A stretch of 64,000 nt of DNA, taken from the NCBI GenBank assembly GCA_965215515.1, contig OZ244057.1, positions 512,001 to 576,000 on the forward strand, read 5' to 3'. Position numbers and translations under genes: made by a program. The notes below the pieces were generated by a model. It was given only the letters and a program-made list of their open reading frames with translations. It was not told the DNA's origin and did no database searches. Shown here piece after piece: positions 56,668 to 64,000 of this stretch (its first letter is position 1; every line of letters starts with the position of its first letter). This DNA is from Oligoflexales bacterium (GTDB lineage Bacteria; Bdellovibrionota_B; Oligoflexia; Oligoflexales; JAPPIL01).

Positions 56668-57822
56668 TCATCCCGCGCTGCTTGCCACCACGTTACGTAT
56701 CACAGCCGCCATGCGTGCGATGTCATGCCGATCGCCCTGGGTGGTAAAACTGGCACGAACCGCATTGCTCGCAGCATTTTCCCCATAGCCCATCGCCTTG
56801 AGGACGCGGCTACTGCGGGCTATTCCTGAAGAACAAGCACTGCCGCTGGAGACAGCAAACCCCGCGAGATCGAGAGCCACAACCAGGTCTTCACCACGCA
56901 CACCGTCGATATGGAAGCTTACCGTGTTAGGCAAACAGTGTGCTGGATCACCGTGCAAAACAGCATGCGGGATGTCAGCGAGGGCAGCACACAGCGTGTC
57001 CTTGAGTTGTTGCACATGCTGGCAGACATGCGGAAGCCGTTCCGCTAAGGCTGCGACGATGAGGCCGAAGGAGATGATGCCGCTGAGGTTTTCCGTGCCT
57101 GCCCGCCGCTGCTGTTCTTGCGAGCCGCCGCTTATCTGGGCGGGTAACGCGTGGCTGTCCTTGACGTAAAGACCGCCGCAGCCTTTCAATGCTCCCAGTT
57201 TATGAGCCGAGAAGGCAGCACTGTCGATGACGGTGCGAGCGAAACAACCCCGCAGATCGAGTTTACCCAATGTCTGCACCGCATCGCAGTGCACATGTAT
57301 CTGCGGTTGTAGTTCCTTCACCAGTTGTGCGAGTGCCGCAACATCGTTAATGACCCCCGTTTCGCTATTAGCGTGCGTCAAACAGACCAGCACGGTGTCA
57401 TCGCAGAGCAGCGAGGCAAGTGCGGCACGTTGCACGATACCGTGACGATCGAGAGGTATCTTGTCGATACGGCACAGACCTTGTTCGTGCAAGCACGTTG
57501 CCGTAGTACGTACCGAGGGGTGGTCGCCCGCGGTATAGACAATATGCGGTGTTTTTTTGCCCGCCGCCAGCCGTGCCCGTATGACGAGATTGTTGCTCTC
57601 CGTGCCGCCAGAGGTGAAGACGAACTGCTCACTGCCTATCTGGAGATAGTCGCAGATAGCACGGCGCGCTTCTTCCAACGCGATGCGTGCCTTACGTCCG
57701 CACGTATGAACGCTCGACGGGTTACCGTCCGCAGCGAGCAGACGCGCACACACCTGCGCGAGATGACGGCTGGTAACGGGTAGACCCGCATTGGCATCGG
57801 CGTAGAGAATTTTTTTGCTCAT
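56668..57822 (-). CDS. iscS: Cysteine desulfurase (IscS/NifS family)
   Basis: GNPSSVH, FTSGGTESNN, NSETGV, HCDAVQ, SAHKLG, RAGTEN, SSGSACSSG. Confidence 0.92.
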   Translation of the reverse strand: MSKKILYADANAGLPVTSRHLAQVCARLLAADGNPSSVHTCGRKARIALEEARRAICDYLQIGSEQFVFTSGGTESNNLVIRARLAAGKKTPHIVYTAGDHPSVRTTATCLHEQGLCRIDKIPLDRHGIVQRAALASLLCDDTVLVCLTHANSETGVINDVAALAQLVKELQPQIHVHCDAVQTLGKLDLRGCFARTVIDSAAFSAHKLGALKGCGGLYVKDSHALPAQISGGSQEQQRRAGTENLSGIISFGLIVAALAERLPHVCQHVQQLKDTLCAALADIPHAVLHGDPAHCLPNTVSFHIDGVRGEDLVVALDLAGFAVSSGSACSSGIARSSRVLKAMGYGENAASNAVRASFTTQGDRHDIARMAAVIRNVVASSAG

Positions 57823-60302
57823 CGCACTGCGGTCACCAAAGCGAGCACGTCCTTCTTGCGTAAACGTTGCGGGGCAGGCACAGGACGAGCAACGGGCAAC
57901 AGTCTAGCGCAGACGAGAGCCTCGCGCATGTTAGCTACGAGGTGAAAGGAAAGCGCACGCAACACCTCGTCGGGCACATCCAGTAGATCACGCACATTGG
58001 CACGCGGTAAGATGATCTCCTTCTTGCGGTAGCGGAAAGCCGCGAGCATTTTCTCTTTGATGCCGCCAACAGGCAATACTTGCCCACGCAGGGTTATCTC
58101 GCCGCTGACGGCAAGGCTAGCTCTTAGCTTGCGGCGGGTCAGGAGGCTGGTTAAGGCCAGCAACACCGCCAAACCAGCACTGGGGCCGTCCTTGGGAGTT
58201 GCCCCGTCGGGCAGATGCACATGCAAGCGTGAGTTTTCCAAGCAGGAAGTAGCGATACCTAGTTCTTCTGCCAGAGCGGTGATTACCGAACGTGCCATCG
58301 CCGCACTTTCCTGCATCACCTTGCCAGGTAGCCCCGTCAGCAGTAGCCCGCCGTTTTTATCCGTCATCTGCATCGTCTCGACATACATGATTTCACCCCC
58401 GAAGGCGGTGCAAGCCAGTCCGATCGCGACCCCAGGCGGGAGGCTCAGATCGTTCGGTTCAGCGTGATAGAGCGGTGTACCGAGATGCTGTGCGATGTCA
58501 GCGGCGTTGAGTGTCGCGGGAATGTCCTGCTGCGTGGCGACATGCTGTCTGATGACCTTGCGCCCAACGTCTTCTATCTTACGTTGGAGCTGACGCACAC
58601 CTGCCTCTTGGGTGTAGTTTTTGATGATAGTGAACAGTGCCTCCTTATCAAAACTGAAACGGCGCGGCGCGATGTGTAGTTTTTTTCTGATTTGCGGCAA
58701 GAGATGTTTCTGGGCAATTTTTATCTTCTCCTGATCGCTGTAGGAAGACAGTGCGACGATTTCCATGCGACTCAACAGCGGGGTAGGAATCGTGCTGCTA
58801 TCGTTCGCGGTAGCCACGAACAAAATACCCGACAGATCGAAAGGCACATCGAGATAAAGATCCTTGAAAGCCTTGTTCTGCTGGTAATCTAACACCTCCA
58901 GCAGCGCGGCTTGTACATCGTTGTGCTTGTCGCGGTTACCGAGTTTGTCGAGTTCGTCGAGCAGAATGACCGCACTGCTATCACCGACTTGCTTGATGGC
59001 TTGCATGATACGCCCTGGCATCGCCCCTACGTAGGTACGGCGCAGACCACGGATCTCGATCTCCTCCCGCATGCCGCCGAGAGAAATTTTAACCATCTTG
59101 CGTTGCAGTGCATCGGCAATCGATCTGACCAGAGAAGTCTTGCCTACGCCAGGCGGCCCGACGAACAGCAGTATCTGTCCCTCGATTTTGCGTTTGTGGA
59201 TTATCACCGCGAGGTGTTCGAGAATACGTTCCTTGATGGCAGTAAGGCCGAAGTGGTTTTTATCAAGTATCCTCATGGCCTTAGCCAAATCAGGCAGCAC
59301 AAAGGGTTTGCTGTGCCAGGGCAGGTCTTTCAACCAGCTGAGGTACTGGTGTGAAATCATGTACTCGCTAGAACCGTAGGGGGCGAGGTCGATTTTCTCT
59401 AGCTCGCTGAAGACGACCTCACGCACCTGCGGGGGCAGGTCGGCAGACTGCAGTGCGTGTGTCAAACTCTTGACCTCCGCACTGTGCTCGTCGAGGTCAG
59501 CGAGTTCGCCCTGCAGAGTCTTGATCTGTTCTCTGACAAAGTTAGCGCGTTCGCCCGCGGTGATCTGCTCCTCGACTTGTTTCTGAATGTCGGACGAATA
59601 CTTGAGCAGTTCGACTTCACGTTGCAGGTATTTGCTGGTCAGGGCGAGGCGGGTGGTAAGCTGTGGCAACGACAACAGCGGCAGTTGTTCTTCGTAGGTC
59701 ATGGTCAGGTGCGGGGCGAGCAAATCGCAGAGACGATGCGGATCTTCGGTGCTGCTCAACAGCAGAGCACGGGTCTTGTTGTCGATGTTCTCGTTTAATT
59801 TCAATAACTTCGACAACGAAGCACGTATACTGCTGACTTGGCGCAGAATACGGCGGGAGGAGACACGGGCACTGTTCTCGATCGGTCTCACTACCGAATG
59901 ATAGCCATCGCCCTCTCTGCGTGCCAGCGAAGAGACGAACATACGGCGGACACCTCGCACCAGATAACCCTTCTCACCGTCATCGAGGTTGAGAGACTTG
60001 ACCAGCTTGGCTTCTATGCCTACCTGGCAGAAATCAGGCGAGTGTGTATCCCTATCGGTCAACGAGATAAACACGAAACCATCACGCTTGGCTTTCTGCA
60101 AATTCTGGCTCTTGCGCAACCACAGACGGGAAGGCATGTCGAGGTCGTCACTGGCCAACGTCGTCTGCCCTGAGGGAAACACGATACGCTTCTTTATGGC
60201 ACAAGCATTTAATTTTATTGTATTTTTCTCGGCACGTGGCACTTGCAAAGCCGTTGCAGTTTCAAGGTGAAAAGACTTTAAATACTTAGCGACGGTATAC
60301 AT
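57819..60302 (-). CDS. lon: ATP-dependent Lon protease
   Basis: GPPGVGKTS, RRTYVGAMPG, LLDELDK, PKDGPSAG (Ser), GGIKEK (Lys); divergent N-domain. Confidence 0.95.
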   Translation of the reverse strand: MYTVAKYLKSFHLETATALQVPRAEKNTIKLNACAIKKRIVFPSGQTTLASDDLDMPSRLWLRKSQNLQKAKRDGFVFISLTDRDTHSPDFCQVGIEAKLVKSLNLDDGEKGYLVRGVRRMFVSSLARREGDGYHSVVRPIENSARVSSRRILRQVSSIRASLSKLLKLNENIDNKTRALLLSSTEDPHRLCDLLAPHLTMTYEEQLPLLSLPQLTTRLALTSKYLQREVELLKYSSDIQKQVEEQITAGERANFVREQIKTLQGELADLDEHSAEVKSLTHALQSADLPPQVREVVFSELEKIDLAPYGSSEYMISHQYLSWLKDLPWHSKPFVLPDLAKAMRILDKNHFGLTAIKERILEHLAVIIHKRKIEGQILLFVGPPGVGKTSLVRSIADALQRKMVKISLGGMREEIEIRGLRRTYVGAMPGRIMQAIKQVGDSSAVILLDELDKLGNRDKHNDVQAALLEVLDYQQNKAFKDLYLDVPFDLSGILFVATANDSSTIPTPLLSRMEIVALSSYSDQEKIKIAQKHLLPQIRKKLHIAPRRFSFDKEALFTIIKNYTQEAGVRQLQRKIEDVGRKVIRQHVATQQDIPATLNAADIAQHLGTPLYHAEPNDLSLPPGVAIGLACTAFGGEIMYVETMQMTDKNGGLLLTGLPGKVMQESAAMARSVITALAEELGIATSCLENSRLHVHLPDGATPKDGPSAGLAVLLALTSLLTRRKLRASLAVSGEITLRGQVLPVGGIKEKMLAAFRYRKKEIILPRANVRDLLDVPDEVLRALSFHLVANMREALVCARLLPVARPVPAPQRLRKKDVLALVTAVR

Positions 60303-60525
60303 GACACCACTTCTGCAACAGGTGGGAGGGGCAGCGCCCGACAGGTGATAAAAATACCTGCCGAGTATTTTCGTTGTCAAGACGGTTTCGGGTTTTCTGC
60401 TGGGAAGATGGGGGCATCTACACGAGTTTTGTGCTTGAGGTTAAGCACTACCCGTGCCAAACACGTTCGTCTCAGCTGTTTATTTCCTGTATTGTGGCCA
60501 GACTGAGCTTGTGAGGTAGCGGTTT

Positions 60526-61407
60526 GTGGTCGTCGCCCGAGACAGAATAGTAGCCATCGTCGGCCCCACGGCGGCGGGCAAAAGTGCGTTGGCCATGCGT
60601 CTCGCACAGCAACTGCGGGCAGAGATAGTCATCTGTGACTCGGTGCAGGTTTACCGCGGTTTTGACATCGGTGCAGTCAAACCGAGTGTCGCGGCACGAC
60701 GGCAGGTTGTACACCACCTCATCGACAGCGTAGAGGCACACGAAGACTACAGTGCGGGGCGTTATCGCCGTGCGGCACGGGCGGTGATCGCCACCATCCT
60801 GGCTCGCGGGCACAGGGCACTGGTAGTGGGCGGCTGCGGTCTCTACTGGCGTGCTTTGCTGGGGCACGAATGGCACGACACTCCTCCCGCGGCGGCGCAG
60901 CTGCGGGCGGAATTGGCTTGCCTGAGCAACGTTCAGCTAGTGCAGCGTTTGCGCGCCCTCGATCCGTCACGCGCGGTGGAGGTGCATCCTGCCGATCGTG
61001 TGCGGTTGCTGCGGGCGATCGAGATTGCACAGGTGAGTGGCAAGGCACGGCACGAGTTACCGCGGGCGGTTGGCACAACCCTGTCGCCACGGGTCATTTA
61101 TCTCAAACCCGCGCGGGAGGAACTGCATCGTCGTATCGCCGCCCGCACACGAGGTATACTCGCCGCGGGGTTGGTGACGGAGGTTAAGGCATTGCTGGCG
61201 AGCGGTTGCCCTCCACATGCTAAACCGATGCAGAGTATCGGCTATCGGCAGGTCGTTGCCTACTTGCAAGGGGAGTTAGCGGAGGGAGAGTTGGCGACGA
61301 GAATTATTTACGCGACGCGCCAATATGCTAAACGTCAGATGACCTGGTTCAATAAGAGCGAGTACGATGTCTGTGTTGCGGCGGGGGAAGAGTTTGCATG
61401 TCTATGA
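60526..61407 (+). CDS. miaA: tRNA dimethylallyltransferase
   Basis: GPTAAGKS, DSVQVYRGFDIG, VGGCGLY, SIGY, TRQYAKRQMTWF. Confidence 0.96.
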   Translation: MVVARDRIVAIVGPTAAGKSALAMRLAQQLRAEIVICDSVQVYRGFDIGAVKPSVAARRQVVHHLIDSVEAHEDYSAGRYRRAARAVIATILARGHRALVVGGCGLYWRALLGHEWHDTPPAAAQLRAELACLSNVQLVQRLRALDPSRAVEVHPADRVRLLRAIEIAQVSGKARHELPRAVGTTLSPRVIYLKPAREELHRRIAARTRGILAAGLVTEVKALLASGCPPHAKPMQSIGYRQVVAYLQGELAEGELATRIIYATRQYAKRQMTWFNKSEYDVCVAAGEEFACL

Positions 61408-63389
61408 CCTGGCAAAAACTGAGCGACTACTTGCGCGCGATGGTCATCGATGCTGTGCAAGAAGCGCAGAGCGGACATATCGGCGGGGCACTGTCGGCGA
61501 TGGACGTGGCCACCGTGTTGTTCGCGGACTATCTGCGCTACGATCCCGATGAGCCGCAGTGGCGATGGCGTGATCGCTTTATTTTGAGTGCAGGGCATCT
61601 GTCGATGTTGCTCTATGCCTTACATTACGCCATCGGTTACCTCAAACGAGAAGACCTGCACAACTTTCGCCAACTCCATTCTCGTACCCCTGGCCATCCT
61701 GAACAGCACTTCCCTGCGGTGGAATGCACGACGGGGCCGCTCGGTCAGGGGGCGGCGATGGCGGTGGGATTTGCCGTTGCCGCACTGCATCAGCGGGCGA
61801 AGTTCGGCGCGGAGCTGTGCGATCAGCAGATCGTCGCCCTGTTGGGTGATGGCTGCATGCAGGAGGGAGTTACTTTAGCGGCGGCTTCTTATGCGGGACA
61901 TCTTGCGCTGGCGAATTTGACTTGGCTTTACGACAAGAACAACCGCCAAATTTCAGGTGCCATCGAGCGTGTCACTTCCGACGATTATCCTAGAATTTTC
62001 GCTGGTTTCGGCTGGCAAGTGGTAAGTATCGACGGGCATAATTACGAGCAGATCGACGCTGCTTTGCGGTTAATCCGTCAGCCGCGTCGCCAGCCGCTGT
62101 TGGTTATCTGTAATACGGTGCTGAGCAAGGGCACGCATACGGTCGAGGGTGACCATCGTTATCACGGTGCACCTCTGCCCGCACGGGAAGCGCAGCTCAG
62201 CCGTAAGATGCTCGGTGTGGAGGGCGAGACGAAATTTTATTGGCCTGTGGCGGCACGAGATTTTTGGCGAAGCAAAATGTGTGTTCAGCGTGCGTGGGTG
62301 CGGAGAAAAAATGCGTGTTGGAGGGAAAAGCTGGCCGACAAGAACTTTGCCGCGGCTTGGCAACAGCATTATCGGGACGAAGTTGATTTCCGTGCTGTAC
62401 CGTATCTGGCTTGGTCGCAGAAAAAGCAGGCGACACGCAAGGCTTTCGGTATAATTTTGCGTCACTATGCTGCGTATTTGCCGACCTTGATGGGCGGTAG
62501 TGCTGACTTAGAACCGTCCAACATGACGGCGGAATTCAACACTTACGGCGGTGAGTTCAGTGCTGCGCAGCGTGCGGGTCGGGGTTTGGCTTTCGGTGTG
62601 CGGGAATTTCCCATGGCGGCTATCGTCAACGGCATGGCATTGTTCGGCGGTACGTTGCCTTTTGCTGCCACCTTTCTGTGTTTCTCCGACTATATGCGAC
62701 CTGCGCTGCGGTTGGCGGCGATGCAGCGTCTGCGGGTGATATATGAGTTCACTCACGACTCTTTCTTGGTCGGCGAAGACGGGCCAACTCACCAGCCTGT
62801 CGAGCATTTGGCGAGTTTGCGCGCGATTCCTGGCCTGCGTGTCGTCCGTCCCGCCGATGCCGAGGAGACGGAAGTGTTGTTCCGTCAGGCGGTGAATAGC
62901 TCCTTGCCTACTGTCTTTTGCTTGACGAGGCAAGACGTGCCATTGTTGTCACGCACCGCTGCCCAGCGTGCTGACATTGCTCGCGGTGCTTATGTGCTGG
63001 CAGGCGAGGAGGCACATGATTTGCTGTTCATCGCGACGGGTAGCGAAGTGGTACTAGCATTGCGGGTTGCCGCACGTCTTCGTGCACAGGGTTTACGTGC
63101 ACGTGTTGTCTCGATGCCTTGTCGTGAAATTTTTGCCCAGCAGGAACGTGCCTACCGTGCGCGGGTATTGCCTGCGACGCAACGTAAGCGGGTAGTCATC
63201 GAAGCGGGAATCGCACAGGGTTGGGAGGGTTATCGGGGCGATGCGGGGTTGTGTATCAGCATCGAGCAGTTCGGCAAAAGTGCTCCTGGGGAAGACCTTG
63301 CCGCCTACTTCGGCTTCACGGTCGATGCCGTCGTGACGCGAGTGCTGCAATTTTTCTTTCGAGAAAATAAACCGCACGGTGCAGTTTAA
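61398..63389 (+). CDS. tkt: Transketolase
   Basis: SGHIGG, RDRFILSAGH, TPGHPE, TTGPLGQG, GDGCMQEG, GSADL, FGVREF, THDS..VGEDGPTHQP. Confidence 0.97.
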   Translation: MSMTWQKLSDYLRAMVIDAVQEAQSGHIGGALSAMDVATVLFADYLRYDPDEPQWRWRDRFILSAGHLSMLLYALHYAIGYLKREDLHNFRQLHSRTPGHPEQHFPAVECTTGPLGQGAAMAVGFAVAALHQRAKFGAELCDQQIVALLGDGCMQEGVTLAAASYAGHLALANLTWLYDKNNRQISGAIERVTSDDYPRIFAGFGWQVVSIDGHNYEQIDAALRLIRQPRRQPLLVICNTVLSKGTHTVEGDHRYHGAPLPAREAQLSRKMLGVEGETKFYWPVAARDFWRSKMCVQRAWVRRKNACWREKLADKNFAAAWQQHYRDEVDFRAVPYLAWSQKKQATRKAFGIILRHYAAYLPTLMGGSADLEPSNMTAEFNTYGGEFSAAQRAGRGLAFGVREFPMAAIVNGMALFGGTLPFAATFLCFSDYMRPALRLAAMQRLRVIYEFTHDSFLVGEDGPTHQPVEHLASLRAIPGLRVVRPADAEETEVLFRQAVNSSLPTVFCLTRQDVPLLSRTAAQRADIARGAYVLAGEEAHDLLFIATGSEVVLALRVAARLRAQGLRARVVSMPCREIFAQQERAYRARVLPATQRKRVVIEAGIAQGWEGYRGDAGLCISIEQFGKSAPGEDLAAYFGFTVDAVVTRVLQFFFRENKPHGAV

Positions 63390-63491
63390 CCACATCCATT
63401 GTAGCCACTAACCTCTTGAAGTTCATACAGACAGAAAAAATCCTACTGCCAGGCGGTGAAAATGCCGATAGCGCTGCGCGGGGGGGGTGTA

Positions 63492-63977
63492 GTGAAGAAG
63501 TTTGGTAAGAAGTTGTTGTTTGGATTCAGCCTCGTCGAACTGATGGCCGCGGTCTCGATTGTCGCTGTCCTCGTCGCTCTCGCCCTACCGCGTTTCCGTG
63601 TTTTCTTGGCCCGCAGTCGCATGGCGGAGGCGAAGACTAACCTGGGTATTATTTACGGGCTCCAGCAGTCGTATAAAGCGGAATATGAGGCATTCGGTAC
63701 GATAGCGGGTGGTGGTATGGGGTGTGGAATAGCAAATGGCTGTCGGACTACAGCAGATGGCAGCAATGCGAAAAACGAACTCGGTTTTAGGGTTACCGAC
63801 TGTGGCGAGTTGCGCTACCTGTACACGAGCAGTATTTCTAATCTTAGCAACGCTAGAGCCAGCGGTGTTGGTAGATGCAAGATTTATCCCGATTGTGCTG
63901 AAGTGGATCAATGGAATATGAACGCAAACAGGGAGCTAGGTCACCCCACGAATGTCGTCAGGGCATGCGACGAGTAA
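63492..63977 (+). CDS. Type IV pilin-like protein
   Basis: Class III signal KKFGKKLLFG/FSLVELMAAVSIVAVLVALALP; EAKTNL; Cys-rich C-terminal region. Confidence 0.9.
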   Translation: MKKFGKKLLFGFSLVELMAAVSIVAVLVALALPRFRVFLARSRMAEAKTNLGIIYGLQQSYKAEYEAFGTIAGGGMGCGIANGCRTTADGSNAKNELGFRVTDCGELRYLYTSSISNLSNARASGVGRCKIYPDCAEVDQWNMNANRELGHPTNVVRACDE

Positions 63978-64000
63978 ACGAGTAAAGGTATATGGGTAAC

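Noticed and set aside
63480..63487. G8 tract before the pilin gene as a phase-variation switch
   Set aside because: It lies upstream of the likely GTG start and can serve as the RBS; no frame disruption

Overview
Bacterial chromosomal window of moderate GC. The gene content (pilB-pilT-pilC, GYF-PilZ protein, transglutaminase-elicitor homologue, GGGC-type C-terminal sorting signal, sigma28-like promoters, class II RNR) suggests a Bdellovibrionota/Oligoflexia- or myxobacterium-like lineage. Ankyrin, Rpn and DUF3782-like genes hint at host association. Both points are inference. Housekeeping genes include psd, a pyk-like gene, pstS, tatD, rpsR-rpmB-rpsT, a nupC-like transporter, asnB, comEC, nrdJ, iscS, lon, miaA and tkt. 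Main points of interest: (1) two ATP-dependent chaperones carry apparent Sec signal peptides, a divergent Hsp70/DnaK and an ankyrin-repeat fusion to a two-ring ClpA-type Hsp100, suggesting an exported chaperone/unfoldase system; (2) a reduced Pfa-type PKS/FAS lacking AT and KR domains has ACP and DH joined only by a -1 shift at an A10 slippery site, is coupled to a GT-C-like membrane protein, and has oleC-oleD 17 kb away; (3) a second A10/-1 shift interrupts an MsbA-like ABC transporter; (4) three tiny, very basic ORFs look like lineage-specific ribosomal proteins, one inside the r-protein operon; (5) the pyruvate kinase homologue has a remodelled active site; (6) an Rpn gene has an internal RBS/ATG; (7) strong local strand-skew flips occur. 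No rRNA, tRNA or CRISPR array was recognised. All calls are by eye from motifs; no searches were run.
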